64,000 bases of DNA, taken from the NCBI GenBank assembly GCA_051313645.2, contig JBNRSN020000089.1, positions 2,790,001-2,854,000 of the forward strand, in the 5' to 3' direction. The notes under the pieces were generated by a model. The model did no database searches and was not told the origin of the DNA. It saw only the letters and a list, made by a program, of their open reading frames with translations. This DNA is from Centroscyllium fabricii (lineage: Eukaryota). The first letter of the stretch is position 1. Each line of letters begins with the position of its first letter. This document shows, piece after piece, positions 17,601 to 33,700 of this stretch. The position numbers and the translations under genes are program-made.

Positions 17601-20600
17601 GACAATATCCATCTGTGAGCAATACATCAGACAATGTCCATCTGTGAACAATACATCAGACAATTTCCATCTGTGTACAATATATCAGACAATGTCCATC
17701 TGTGTACAATACATCAGACAATATCCATCTGTGAACAATTCATCAGACAATGTCCATCTGTGTACAATATATCAGAAAATGTCCATCTGTGAACAATCCA
17801 TAAGACAATATCCATCTGTGTACAGCACATCAGACAATGTCCATCTGTGTACAATAGGTCAGAAAATGTCCATCTGTGAACAATACATAAGACATTATCC
17901 TACTGTGTAAAATACATCAGACATTTTCCATCTGTGTACAATACATCAGACAATGTCCATCTGTGAACAATACATCAGACAATGCCAATCTGTGGACAAT
18001 ACATCAGACAATGTCCATCTGTGTACAATATATCAGAAAATGTCCATCTGTGAACAATCCATAAGACAATATCCATCTGTGTACAGTACATCAGACAATG
18101 TCCATCTGTGTACAATAGATCAGAAAATGTCCATCTGTGAACAATCCATAAGACAATATCCATCTGTGTACAGTACATCTGACAATGTCCATCTGTGTAC
18201 AATAGATCAGACAATGTCCATCTGTGAACAATACATCAGACAATGCCAATCTGTGGACAATACATCAGACAATGTCGATCTGTGTACAATACATCAGACA
18301 TTATCCATCTGTTTTCAATACATCAGATAATGTCCATCTGTGTACAGTGCATCAGACAATGTCCATCTGTGAACAATACATCAGACAATATTCTTCTGTG
18401 TACAAAATATCAGACATAGTCCATCTGTGAACAATACATCAGACAATATCCATCTGTGTATAATACATCAGACATTGTCCGTCTGTGGACAATACATCAG
18501 ACATTATCCATCTGTGAACAATACATCAGACATTATCCATCTGTGTACAATACATCAGACATTGTCCATCTGTGAACAATACATCAGACATTATCCATCT
18601 GTGTACAATATATCAGACAATATCCATTTGTGTACAATACATGAGAAAATGTCCGTCTGTGAACAATACATCAGAAAATATCAATCTGTGTACAATACAT
18701 CAGACATTGTCCCTCTGGGTACAATACATCAGACAAAGTCCATCTGTGAACAATACACCAGACAATGTCCATCTGTGTACAATGCATCAGACAATGTACA
18801 TCTGTGAACAATACATCAGACAATATCCATATTTGTACAATACATCAGACACTGTCCATCTGTGAACAATACATCAGACAATGTCCATCTGTGAACAATA
18901 CATCAGACATTGTCCATCTGTGTACAATACAGCAGAGATTGTCCATCTGTGTACAATACATCAGACATTGTCCATTTGTGTTCAATACATCAGACAATAT
19001 CCATCTGTGTACAATACATTATACAATATCCATCTGTGAACAATACATCAGACAATGTCCATCTGTGAACAATACATCAGACAATGTCCATCTGTGTACA
19101 ATATATCAGACAATGTCCATCTTTGTACAATACATCAGACAATATCCATCTGTGAACAATACATCAGACAATGTCCAGCTGTGTACAATATATCAGAAAA
19201 TGTCCATCTGTGAACAATCCATAAGACAATATCCATCTGTGTACAGTACATCAGACAATGTCCATCTGTGTACAATAGATCAGAAAATGTCCATCTGTGA
19301 ACAATACATAAGACATTATCCATCTGTGTACAATACATCAGATATTATCCATCTGTGTACAATACACCAGACAATGTCCATCTGTGAACAATACATCAGA
19401 CAATGTCCATCTGTGGACAATATATCAGGCAATGTCGATCTGTGTACAATACATCAGACAATATGCATATGTGTACAATACATCAGACAATGTCCATCTG
19501 TGTACAATACATCAGAAAATGTCCATCTGTGAACAATACATCAGACAATTTCCATCTGTGTACAATACATCAGACAAAGTCCATCTGTGTACAGTACATC
19601 AGACTATGTCTATCTGTGAACAGTACATCCGACAATGTCCATCTGTGTACAATACATCAGACATTGTCCATCTGTATACAATGCATCAGCCATTATCCAT
19701 CTGTGTTCAATACATCAGAAAATGTCCATCTGTGTACAATGCATCAGACAATGTCCATCTGTGAACAATACATCAGACAATATCCATCTGTGTACAAAAC
19801 ATCAGACATTGTCCATCTGTGAGCAATACATCAGACAATATACATCTGCGTACAATACATCAGACATTGTCCGTCTGTTTACAATATATCAGACAATGTC
19901 CAGCTGTGTACAATACATCAGACAATATCCATCTGTGTACAATACATTATACAATATCCATCTGTTTACAGTACATCAGACATTGTCCATCTGTGTACAA
20001 TACATCAGACAATATCCATCTGTATACAATACATCAGACAATTTCCATCTGTGAACAATACATCAGGTAATTTCCATCTGTGTACAATATTTCAGACAAT
20101 ATCCGTCTGTATACAATATATCAGACAATGTCAATCTGTGTATAATATTTCAGAAAATGTTCATCTGTGTACAATATATCAGACAATATCCATCTGTGTA
20201 CAATACATCAGACATTATCAATCTGTGAACAATACATCAGACATTATCCATCTGTGTACAGTACATCAGACATTGTACATCTGTGAACAATACATAAGAC
20301 AATATCCATCTGTGTAAAGTACATCTGACAATGTCCATCTGTGTACAATACATCAGTAAATGTCCATCTGTGAACACTACATAAGACATTATCCATCTGC
20401 GTACAATACAGCAGACATTATCCATCTGTATACAATTCATCAGACAAGTGTCCATCTGTGTACAATACATCAGACAATATCCATCAGTGTACAATATATC
20501 AGACAATTTCCATCTGTGTACAATACATCAGACAATATCCATCTGTGAACAATATATCAGAAAATGTCCATCTGTGCACAATACATAAGACATTATCAAT

Positions 20601-23600
20601 CTGTGTAGAATACATCAGACATTATCCATCTGTGTAGAATACATCAGGCAATATCGATCTGTGAATAATACATCAGAAAATGTCCATCTGTGTACAATAC
20701 ATCAGACATTATCCATCTGTGTACAATACATCAGACATTATCCATCTGTAAACAATACATCAGACAAATGTCCATCTGTGTACAATACATCAGACAATAT
20801 CCATCAGTGTACAATATATCAGACAATTTCCATCTGTGTACAATACATCAGACATTATCCATCTGTGTAGAACACATCAGACAATATACATCTGTGAATA
20901 ATACATCAGAAAATGTCCATCTGTGTACAATACATCAGACATTATCCATCTGTGAACAATGCATCAGAAAATATCCATCTGTGAATAATACATCAGAAAA
21001 TATCCATCTGTGTACAATACATGATCCAATATCCATCTGTGAACAATACATCAGAAAATGTCCATCTGTGTACAATACGTCAGACAATATCCATCTGTGT
21101 ACAATACATCAGACAATGTCCATCTGTGAACAATACATCAGACAATATCCATCTGTGTACAATATATCAGACAATGTCCATCTGTGTACAATATATCAGA
21201 CAATGTCCATCTGTGATCAATTCATCAGACAATGTCCATCTGTGTACAATACATCAGACATTGTCCATCTGTGTACAATACATCAGACATAATCCCTCTG
21301 TCTACAATACATCAGAAAATGTCCATCTGTGTACAATGCATCAGACAATGTCCATCTGTGAACTATACATCAGACACATCAGAAAATGTCCATCTGTGAA
21401 CAATACATCAGACAATGTCCATCTGTGAACAATACATCAGACATTGTCCATCTGTGTACAATACAGCAGAGATTGTCCATCTGTGTACAATACATCAGAC
21501 ATTGTCCATCTGTGTACAATACATCAGACAATATCCATCTGTGTACAATACATTAGACAATGTCCATCTGTGAGCAATACATCAGACAATGTCCATCTGT
21601 GAACAATACATCAGACAATTTCCATCTGTGTACAATATATCAGACAATGTCCATCTGTGTACAATACATCAGACAATATCCATCTGTGAACAATACATCA
21701 GACAATGTCCATCTGTGTACAATATATCAGAAAATGTCCATCTGTGAACAATCCATAAGACAATATCCATCTGTGTACAGTACATCAGACAATGTCCATC
21801 TGTGTACAATAGGTCAGAAAATGTCCATCTGTGAACAATACATAAGACATTATCCTACTGTGTACAATACATCAGACATTTTCCATCTGTGCACAATACA
21901 TCAGACAATGTCCATCTGTGAACAATACATCAGACAATGCCAATCTGTGGACAATACATCAGACAATGTCCATCTGTGTACAATATATCAGAAAATGTCC
22001 ATCTGTGAACAATCCATAAGACAATATCCATCTGTGTACAGTACATCAGACAATGTCCATCTGTGTACAATAGATCAGAAAATGTCCATCTGTGAACAAT
22101 CCATAAGACAATATCCATCTGTGTACAGTACATCTGACAATGTCCATCTGTGTACAATAGATCAGACAATGTCCATCTGTGAACAATACATCAGACAATG
22201 CCAATCTGTGGACAATACATCAGACAATGTCGATCTGTGTACAATACATCAGACATTATCCATCTGTTTTCAATACATCAGATAATGTCCATCTGTGTAC
22301 AGTGCATCAGACAATGTCCATCTGTGAACAATACATCAGACAATATTCTTCTGTGTACAAAATATCAGACATAGTCCATCTGTGAACAATACATCAGACA
22401 ATATCCATCTGTGTACAATACATCAGACATTGTCCGTCTGTGGACAATACATCAGACAATGTCCAGTTGTGTACAATACATCAGACAATATCCATCTGTG
22501 TACAATACATCAGACAATATCCATCTGTTTACAGTACATCAGACAATGTCCATCTGTGTACAATACATCAGACAATATCCATCTGTGTTCAATACATCAG
22601 AACTTATCCATCTGTGAACAATACATCAGATATTTTCCATCTGTGTACAATACATCAGACATTGTCCATCTGTGAACAATACATAAGACAATATCCATCT
22701 GTGTAAAGTATATCAGACAATGTCCAACTGTGTACAAAACATCAGAAAATGTCCATCTGTGAAGAATACATAAGATATTATACATCTGTGTACAATGCAT
22801 CAGACATTATCCATCTGTATACAATACATCCGACAAATGTCCATCTTTGTACAATACATCAGACAATATCCATCAGTGTACAATACATCAGACAATTTCC
22901 ATCTGTGTACAATACATCAGACAATATCCATGTGTGAGCAATATATCAGAAAATGTCCATCTGTGCACAATACATAAGTCATAATCAATCTGTGTACAAT
23001 ACATCAGACATTATCCATCTGTGTAGAATACATCAGACATTATCCATCTGTGAACAATACATCAGAAAATATCCATCTGTGTACAATACATCAGCCAATA
23101 TCCATCTGTGTACAATACATCAGAAAATGTCGATCTGTGTACAATATATCAGACAATATCCATCTGTGTACATTACATCAGACATTATCCATCTGTGAAC
23201 AATACATCAGACATTATCCATCTGTGTACAATACATCAGACATTGTCCATCTGTGAACAATACATCAGACATTATCCATCTGTGTACAATATATCAGACA
23301 ATATCCATTTGTGTACAATACATGAGAAAATGTCCGTCTGTGTGCAATCCATCAGACAATATCAATCTGTTTAAAATACATCAGATTATGTCCATTTGTG
23401 TACAGTACATCAGAGATTATCCATCTGTGAACAATACTTCAGACAATGAACATCTGTGTACAATACATCAGACAATATCCATCTGTGAACAAAACATCAG
23501 ACATTGTTCATCTGTGAACAATACATCAGACAAAATCCATCTGTGTACAATACATCAGACATTGTCCCTCTGGGTACAATACATCAGACAAAGTCCATCT

Positions 23601-24765
23601 GTGAACAATACACCAGACAATGTCCATCTGTGTACAATGCATCAGACAATGTCCATCTGTGAACAATACATCAGACAATATCCATATTTGTACAATAGAT
23701 CAGACACTGTCCATCTGTGAACAATACATCAGACAATGTCCATCTGTGAACAATACATCAGACATTGTCCATCTGTGTACAATACAGCAGAGATTGTCCA
23801 TCTGTGTACAATACATCAGACATTGTCCATCTGTGTTCAATACATCAGACAATATCCATCTGTGTACAATATATTATACAATATCCATCTGTGAACAATA
23901 CATCAGACAATGTCCATCTGTGAACAATACATCAGACAATGTCCATCTGTGTACAATATATCAGACAATGTCCATCTTTGTACAATACATCAGACAATAT
24001 CCATCTGTGAACAATACATCAGACAATGTCCAGCTGTGTACAATATATCAGAAAATGTCCATCTGTGAACAATCCATAAGACAATATCCATCTGTGTACA
24101 GTACATCAGACAATGTCCATCTGTGTACAATAGATCAGAAAATGTCCATCTGTGAACAATACATAAGACATTATCCATCTGTGTACAATACATCAGATAT
24201 TATCCATCTGTGTACAATACATCAGACAATGTCCATCTGTGAACAATACATCAGACAATGTCCATCTGTGGACAATATATCAGGCAATGTCGATCTGTGT
24301 ACAATACATCAGACAATATGCATATGTGTACAATACATCAGACAATGTCCATCTGTGTACAATACATCAGAAAATGTCCATCTGTGAACAATACATCAGA
24401 CAATTTCCATCTGTGTACAATACATCAGACAAAGTCCATCTGTGTACAGTACATCAGACTATGTCTATCTGTGAACAGTACATCCGACAATGTCCATCTG
24501 TGTACAATACATCAGACATTGTCCATCTGTATACAATACATCAGACATTATCCATCTGTGTTCAATACATCAGAAAATGTCCATCTGTGTACAATGCATC
24601 AGACAATGTCCATCTGTGAACAATACATCAGACAATATCCATCTGTGTACAAAACATCAGACATTGTCCATCTGTGAGCAATACATCAGACAATATACAT
24701 CTGCGTACAATACATCAGACATTGTCCGTCTGTTTACAATATATCAGACAATGTCCAGCTGTGTA
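11690..24765. repeat. Higher-order duplication zone B (about three related 4-5 kb units); boundaries approximate
   Basis: Offsets 11968/16988 (+5020), 16988/21021 (+4033), 14645/18765 (+4120), 18765/23620 (+4855), 12585/21560 and 13407/22382 (+8975); shared private variants such as ACAATAGGTCAG, CATGATCCAAT and AAACACCACAC. Confidence 0.8.
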
Positions 24766-27700
24766 CAATGCATCAGACAATGTCCATCTGTGAACAATAC
24801 ATCAGACAATATCCATCTGTGTACAAAACATCAGACATTGTCCATCTGTGAACAATACATCAGACAATATCCATCTGTGTACAATACATCAGACATTGTC
24901 CGTCTGTGGACAATACATCAGACATTATCCCTCTGTGTACAATATATCAGAAAATGTCCATCTGTGTACAATGCATCAGACAATGTCCATCTGTGAACAA
25001 TACATCAGACAATATCCATCTGTGTACAAAACATCAGACATTGTCCATCTGTGAACAATACATCAGTCAATATCCATCTGTGTACAGTACATCAGACAAT
25101 GTCCATTTGTGTACAATAGATCAGAAAATGTCCATCTGTGAACAATACATAAGACATTATCCATCTGTGTACAATACATCAGATATTATCCATCTGTGTA
25201 CAATACATCAGACAATGTCCATCTGTGAACAATATATCAGACAATGTCCATCTCTGGACAATACATCAGACAATGTCGATCTGTGTACAATACATCAGAC
25301 AATATGAATCTGTGTATAATACATCAGACAATGTCCATCTGTGTACAATACATCAGACAATGTCCATCTGTGAACAATACATCAGACAATATCCATCGGT
25401 GTACAATGCATCAGACAAAGTCCATCAGTGTACAATACATCAGACTATGTCCAACTCTGAACAGTATATCCGACAATGTCAATCTGTGAACAATACATCA
25501 GACATTGTCCATCTGTATACAATACATCAGACATTATCCATCTGTGTTCAACACATCAGAAAATGTCCATCTGTGTACAATGCATCAGGCAATGTCCATC
25601 TGTGAACAATACATCAGGCAATATCCATCTATGTAGAAAATATCAGATATTGTCCATCTGGGAACAATTCATCAGACAATATCCATCTGTGTACAATACA
25701 TCAGACATTGTCCGTCTGTGGACAATACATCAGACAATGTCCAGCTGTGTACAATACATGAGACAATATCCATCTGTGTACAATACTTCAGACAATATCC
25801 ATCTGTTTACAGTACATCAGACAATGTCCATCTGTGTACAATACATCAGACAATATCCATCTGTGTACAATACATCAGACATTATCCATCTGTGAACAAT
25901 ACATCAGACATTATTCATCTGTGTAAAGTACATCAGACAATGTCCATCTGTGTACAATACATCAGAAAATGTCCATCTGTGAAAAATACATAAGATATTA
26001 TACAACTGTTTACAATACACCAGACATTATCTATCTGTGTACAATACATCAGAAAATGTCCATCTGTGAACACTACATAAGACATTATCCATCTGTGTAC
26101 AATCCATCAGACATTATCCATCTGTATACAATAGATAAGACAAATGTCCATCTGTGTACAATACATCAGACAATATCCATCAGTGTACAATACATGAGAC
26201 AATTTCCATCTGTGTACAATACATCAGACAATACCCATCTGTGAGCAATATATCAGAAAATGTCAATCTGTGCACAATACATAAGACATTATCTATCAGT
26301 GTACTATACATCATATATTATCCATCTGTGTAGAATACATCAGACAATATCCATCTGTGAATAGTACAACAGAAAATGTCCATCTGTGTACAATACATCA
26401 GACATTATCCATCTGTGAACAATACATCAGAAAATGTCCATCTGTGTACAATACATCAGACATTATCCATCTGTGAACAATACATCAGAATATATCCATC
26501 TGTGTACAATAAATCAGCCAATATCCATCTGTGTACAATACATCAGAAAATGTCCATCTGTGTACAATACATCAGACAAAAACCATTTGTATACAATACA
26601 TCAGACATTATCCATCTGTGAACAATACATCAGACATTGTCCATCTGTGAACAATACATCAGACATTATCGATCTGTGTACAATACATCAGACAATATCC
26701 ATTTGTGTACAATACATGAGAAAATGTCCATGTGCGTGCAATCCATCAGACAATATCCATCTGTTTACAATACATCAGAGTATGTCCAACTGTGTACAGT
26801 ACATCAGACATTATCCATCTGTGGACAATACTTCAGACAATGTCCTTCTGTGTACAATACATCAGACAATATCCATCTGTGTACAATACATCAGACAATG
26901 TCCATCTGTGAACAATACATCAGACAATGTCCATCATGTGGACAATACATCAGACAATGTCGATCTGTGTACAATATATCAGACAATATGCATCTGCGTA
27001 CAATACATCAGAAAATGTCCATCTGTGTACAATACATCAGACAATGTCCATCTGTGAACAATATATCAGACAATATCCATCTTTGTACAATACATCAGAC
27101 AATGTCCATCTGTGTACAATATATCAGACAATGTCCATCTGTGAACAATACATCAGACAATGTCCATCTGTGTACAATACATCAGACTTTGTCCATCTGT
27201 GTACAATACATCAGACATTATCCCTCTGTGTACAATACATCAGAAAATGTCCATCTGTGTACAATGCATCAGACAATGTCCATCTGTGAACAATACATCA
27301 GACAATATCCATCTGTGTACAAAACATCAGACATTGTCCATCTGTGAACAATACATCAGACAATATCCATCTGTGTACAATACATCAGACATTGTCCATC
27401 TGTGTACAATACAGCAGAGATTGTCCATCTGTGTACAATACATCAGACATTGTCCATCTGTGAACAATACATCAGACAATATCCATCTGTGTACAATACA
27501 TCAGACAATGTCCATCTGTGAACAATACATCAGACAATGTCCATCTGTGAACAATACATCAGACATTGTCCATCTGTGTACAATACAGCAGAGATTGTCC
27601 ATCTGTGTACAATACATCAGACATTGTCCATCAGTGAACAATACATCAGACAATGGCCATCTGTGAACAATACATCAGACAATGTCCATCTGTGTACAAT

Positions 27701-30700
27701 ATATCAGACAATGTCCATCTGTGTACAATACATCAGACAATATCCATCTGTGAAAAATACATCAGACAATGTCCATCTGTGTACAATATATAAGAAAATG
27801 TCCATATGTGAACAATCCATAAGACAATATCCATCTGTGTACTGTACATCAGACAATGTCCATCTGTGTACAATACATCAGACAATGTCCATCTGTGAAC
27901 AATATATCAAACAATGTCCATCTGTGGACAATACATCAGACAATGTCGATCTGTGTACAATACATCAGACAATATGAATCTGTGTACAATATATCAGACA
28001 ATGTCCATCTGTGTACAATACATCAGACAATGTCCATCTGTGAACAAGACATCAGACAATATCCATCTGTGTACAATACATCAGACAAATTCCATCAGTG
28101 TACAATACATCAGACTATGTCCATCTCTGAACAGTATATCCGACATTGTCCATCTGTGTACAATACATCAGACATTATCCATCTGTGTTCAATACATCAG
28201 AAAATGTCCATCTGTGTACAATGCATCAGACAATGTCCATCTGTGAACAATACATCAGACAATATCCATCTGTGTACAAAACATCAGACATTGTCCATCT
28301 GTGAACAATACATCAGACAATATCCATCTGTGTACAATACATCAGACATTGTCCGTCTGTGGACAATACATCAGACATTATCCCTCTGTGTACAATATAT
28401 CAGAAAATGTCCATCTGTGTACAATGCATCAGACAGTGTCCATCTGTGAACAATACATCAGACAATATCCATCTGTGTACAAAACATCAGACATTGTCCA
28501 TCTGTGAACAATACATCAGTCAATATCCATCTGTGTACAGTACATCAGACAATGTCCATTTGTGTACAATAGATCAGAAAATGTCCATCTGTGAACAATA
28601 CATAAGACATTATCCATCTGTGTACAATACATCAGACATTATCCATCTGTGTACAATACATCAGACAATGTCCATCTGTGAACAATACATCAGACAATGT
28701 CCATCTCTGGACAATACATCAGACAATGTCGATCTGTGTACAATACATCAGACAATATGAATCTGTGTACAATACATCAGACAATGTCCATCTGTGTACA
28801 ATACATCAGACAATGTCCATCTGTGAACAATACATCAGACAATATCCATCGGTGTACAATGCATCAGACAAATTCCATCAGTGTACAATACATCAGACTA
28901 TGTCCATCTCTGAACAGTATATCCGACAATGTCAATCTGTGTACAATACATCAGACATTGTCCATCTGTATACAATACATCAGACATTATCCATCTGTGT
29001 TCAACAAATCAGAAAATGTCCATCTGTGTACAATGCATGAGACAATGTCCATCTGTGAACAATACATCAGGCAATATCCATCTATGTAGAAAATATCAGA
29101 TATTGTCCATCTGGGAACAATTCATCAGACAATATCCATCTGTGTACAATACATCAGACATTGTCCGTCTGTGGACAATACATCAGACAATGTCCAGCTG
29201 TGTACAATACATGAGACAATATCCATCTGTGTACAATACTTCAGACAATATCCATCTGTTTACAGTACATCAGACAATGTCCATCTGTGAACAATACATC
29301 AGACAATATCCATCTGTGTACAATACATCAGACAATGTCCATCTGTGAACAATACATCAGACAATGTCCATCTGTGAACAATACATCAGACATTGTCCAT
29401 CTGTGTACAATACAGCAGAGATTGTCCATCTGTGTACAATACATCAGACATTGTCCATCTGTGAACAATACATCAGACAATATCCATCTGTGTACAATAC
29501 ATCAGACAATGTCCATCTGTGAACAATACATCAGACAATGTCCATCTGTGAACAATACATCAGACATTGTCCATCTGTGTACAATACAGCAGAGATTGTC
29601 CATCTGTGTACAATAAATCAGACATTGTCCATCAGTGAACAATACATCAGACAATGGCCATCTGTGAACAATACATCAGACAATGTCCATCTGTGTACAA
29701 TATATCAGACAATGTCCATCTGTGTACAATACATCAGACAATATCCATCTGTGAAAAATACATCAGACAATGTCCATCTGTTTACAATATATAAGAAAAT
29801 GTCCATATGTGAACAATCCATAAGACAATATCCATCTGTGTACTGTACATCAGACAATGTCCATCTGTGTACAATACATCAGACAATGTCCATCTGTGAA
29901 CAATATATCAAACAATGTCCATCTGTGGACAATACATCAGACAATGTCGATCTGTGTACAATACATCAGACAATATGCATCTGTGTACAATATATCAGAC
30001 AATGTCCATCTGTGTACAATACATCAGACAATGTCCATCTGTGAACAAGACATCAGACAATATCCATCTGTGTACAATACATCAGACAAATTCCATCAGT
30101 GTACAATACATCAGACTATGTCCATCTCTGAACAGTATATCCGACATTGTCCATCTGTGTACAATACATCAGACATTATCCATCTGTGTTCAATACATCA
30201 GAAAATGTCCATCTGTGTACAATGCATCAGACAATGTCCATCTGTGAACAATACATCAGACAATATCCATCTGTGTACAAAACATCAGACATTGTCCATC
30301 TGTGAACAATACATCAGACAATATCCATCTGTGTACAATACATCAGACATTGTCCGTCTGTGGACAATACATCAGACATTATCCCTCTGTGTACAATATA
30401 TCAGAAAATGTCCACCTGTGTACAATGCATCAGACAATGTCCATCTGTGAACAATACATCAGACAATATCCATCTGTGTACAAAACATCAGACATTGTCC
30501 ATCTGTGAACAATACATCAGTCAATATCCATCTGTGTACAGTACATCAGACAATGTCCATTTGTGTACAATAGATCAGAAAATGTCCATCTGTGAACAAT
30601 ACATAAGACATTATTCATCTGTGTACAATACATCAGACATTATCCATCTGTGTACAATACATCAGACAATGTCCATCTGTGAACAATACATCAGACAATG

Positions 30701-33700
30701 TCCATCTCTGGACAATACATCAGACAATGTCGATCTGTGTACAATACATCAGACAATATGAATCTGTGTACAATACATCAGACAATGTTCATCTGTGTAC
30801 AATACATCAGACAATGTCCATCTGTGAACAATACATCAGACAATATCCATCGGTGTACAATGCATCAGACAAATTCCATCAGTGTACAATACATCAGACT
30901 ATGTCCATCTCTGAACAGTATATCCGACAATGTCAATCTGTGTACAATACATCAGACATTGTCCATCTGTATACAATACATCAGACATTATCCATCTGTG
31001 TTCAACACATCAGAAAATGTCCATCTGTGTACAATGCATCAGACAATGTCCATCTGTGAACAATACATCAGGCAATATCCATCTATGTAGAAAATATCAG
31101 ATATTGTCCATCTGGGAACAATTCATCAGACAATATCCATCTGTGTACAATACATCAGACATTGTCCGTCTGTGGACAATACATCAGACAATGTCCAGCT
31201 GTGTACAATACATGAGACAATATCCATCTGTGTACAATACTTCAGACAATATCCATCTGTTTACAGTACATCAGACAATGTCCATCTGTGTACAATACAT
31301 CAGACAATATCCATCTGTGTACAATACATCAGACATAATCCATCTGTGAACAATACATCAGACATTATTCATCTGTGTAAAGTACATCAGACAATGTCCA
31401 TCTGTGTACAATACATCAGAAAATGTCCATCTGTGAAAAATACATAAGATATTATACAACTGTTTACAATACATCAGACATTATATATCTGTGTACAATA
31501 CATCAGAAAATGTCCATCTGTGAACACTACATAAGATATTATCCATCTGTGTACAATCCATCAGACATTATCCATCTGTATACAATAGATAAGACAAATG
31601 TCCATCTGTGTACAATACATCAGACAATATCCATCAGTGTACAATACATGAGACAATTTCCATCTCTGTACAATACATCAGACAATATCCATCTGTGAGC
31701 AATATATCAGAAAATGTCAATCTGTGCACAATACATAAGACATTATCTATCAGTGTACTATACATCATATATTATCCATCTGTGTAGAATACATCAGACA
31801 ATATCCATCTGTGAATAGTACAACAGAAAATGTCCATCTGTGTACAATACATCAGACATTATCCATCTGTGAACAATACATCAGAAAATATCCATCTGTG
31901 TACAATACATCAGACATTATCCATCTGTATACAATAGATAAGACAAATGTCCATCTGTGTACAATACATCAGACAATATCCATCAGTGTACAATACATGA
32001 GACAATTTCTATCTGTGTACAATACATCAGACAATATCCATCTGTGAGCAATATATCAGAAAATGTCAATCTGTGCACAATACATAAGACATTATCAATC
32101 AGTGTACTATACATCAGACATTATCCATCAGTGTACAATACATCAGAAAATGTCCATCTGTGTACAATACATCAGACAATATCCATCTGTGTACAATACA
32201 TCAGATATTATCCATCTGTGTACCATACATCAGACATTGTCCATCTGTGAACAATACATCAGACATTATCCGTCTGAGTACAGTACATCAGACAATATCC
32301 ATTTGTGTACAATACATGAGAAAAATGTCCATCTGTGTGCAATCCATCAGACAATATCAATCTGTTTACATTACATCAGAGTATGTCCATCTGTGTATAG
32401 TACATCAGACAATGTCCATCTGTGAACAATACATCAGACAATATCCATCTGTGTACCATACATCAGACACTGTCCATCTGTGAACATTACATCAGACAAT
32501 GTCCATCTGTGAACAATACATCAGACATTGTCCATCTGTGTACAATACAGCAGAGATTGTCCATCTGTGTAGAATACATCAGACATTGTCCATCTGTGTA
32601 CAATACATCAGACAATATCCATTTGTGTACAATACATTAGACAATGTCCATCTGTGAACAAAACATCAGACAATGTCCATTTGTGATCAATACATCAGAC
32701 AATGTCCATCTGTGTACAATATATCAGACAATGTCCATCTGTGTACAATACATCAGACAATATCCATCTGTGAACAATACATCAGACAATGTCCATCTGT
32801 GTACAATATATCAGTAAATGTCCATCTGTGAACAACCCATAAGACAATATCCATCTTTGTACAATACATCAGACAATGTCCATCTGTGTACAATATATCA
32901 GACAATGTCCATCTGTGAACAATACATCAGACAATGTCCATCTGTGTACAATACATCAGACTTTGTCCATCTGTGTACAATACATCAGACATTATCCCTC
33001 TGTGTACAATACATCAGAAAATGTCCATCTGTGTACAATGCATCAGACAATGTCCATCTGTGAACAATACACCAGACAATATCCATCTGTGTACAAAACA
33101 TCAGACATTGTCCATCTGTGAACAATACATCAGACAATATCCATCTGTGTACAATACATCAGACAATGTCCATCTGTGAACAATACATCAGACAATGTCC
33201 ATCTGTGAACAATACATCAGACACTGTCCATCTGTGTACAATACAGCAGAGATTGTCCATCTGTGTACAATACATCAGACATTGTCCATCTGTGAACAAT
33301 ACATCAGACAATATCCATCTGTGTACAACACATCAGACAATGTCCATCTGTGAACAATACATCAGACAATGTCCATCTGTGAACAATATATCAGACATTG
33401 TCCATCTGTGTACAATACAGCAGAGATTGTCCATCTGTGTACAATACATCAGACATTGTCCATCAGTGAACAATACATCAGACAATGGCCATCTGTGAAC
33501 AATACATCAGACAATGTCCATCTGTGTACAATATATCCGACAATGTCCATCTGTGTACAATACATCAGACAATATCCATCTGTGAAAAATATATCAGACA
33601 ATGTCCATCTGTGTACAATATATAAGAAAATGTCCATATGTGAACAATCCATAAGACAATATCCATCTGTGTACTGTACATCAGACAATGTCCATCTGTG

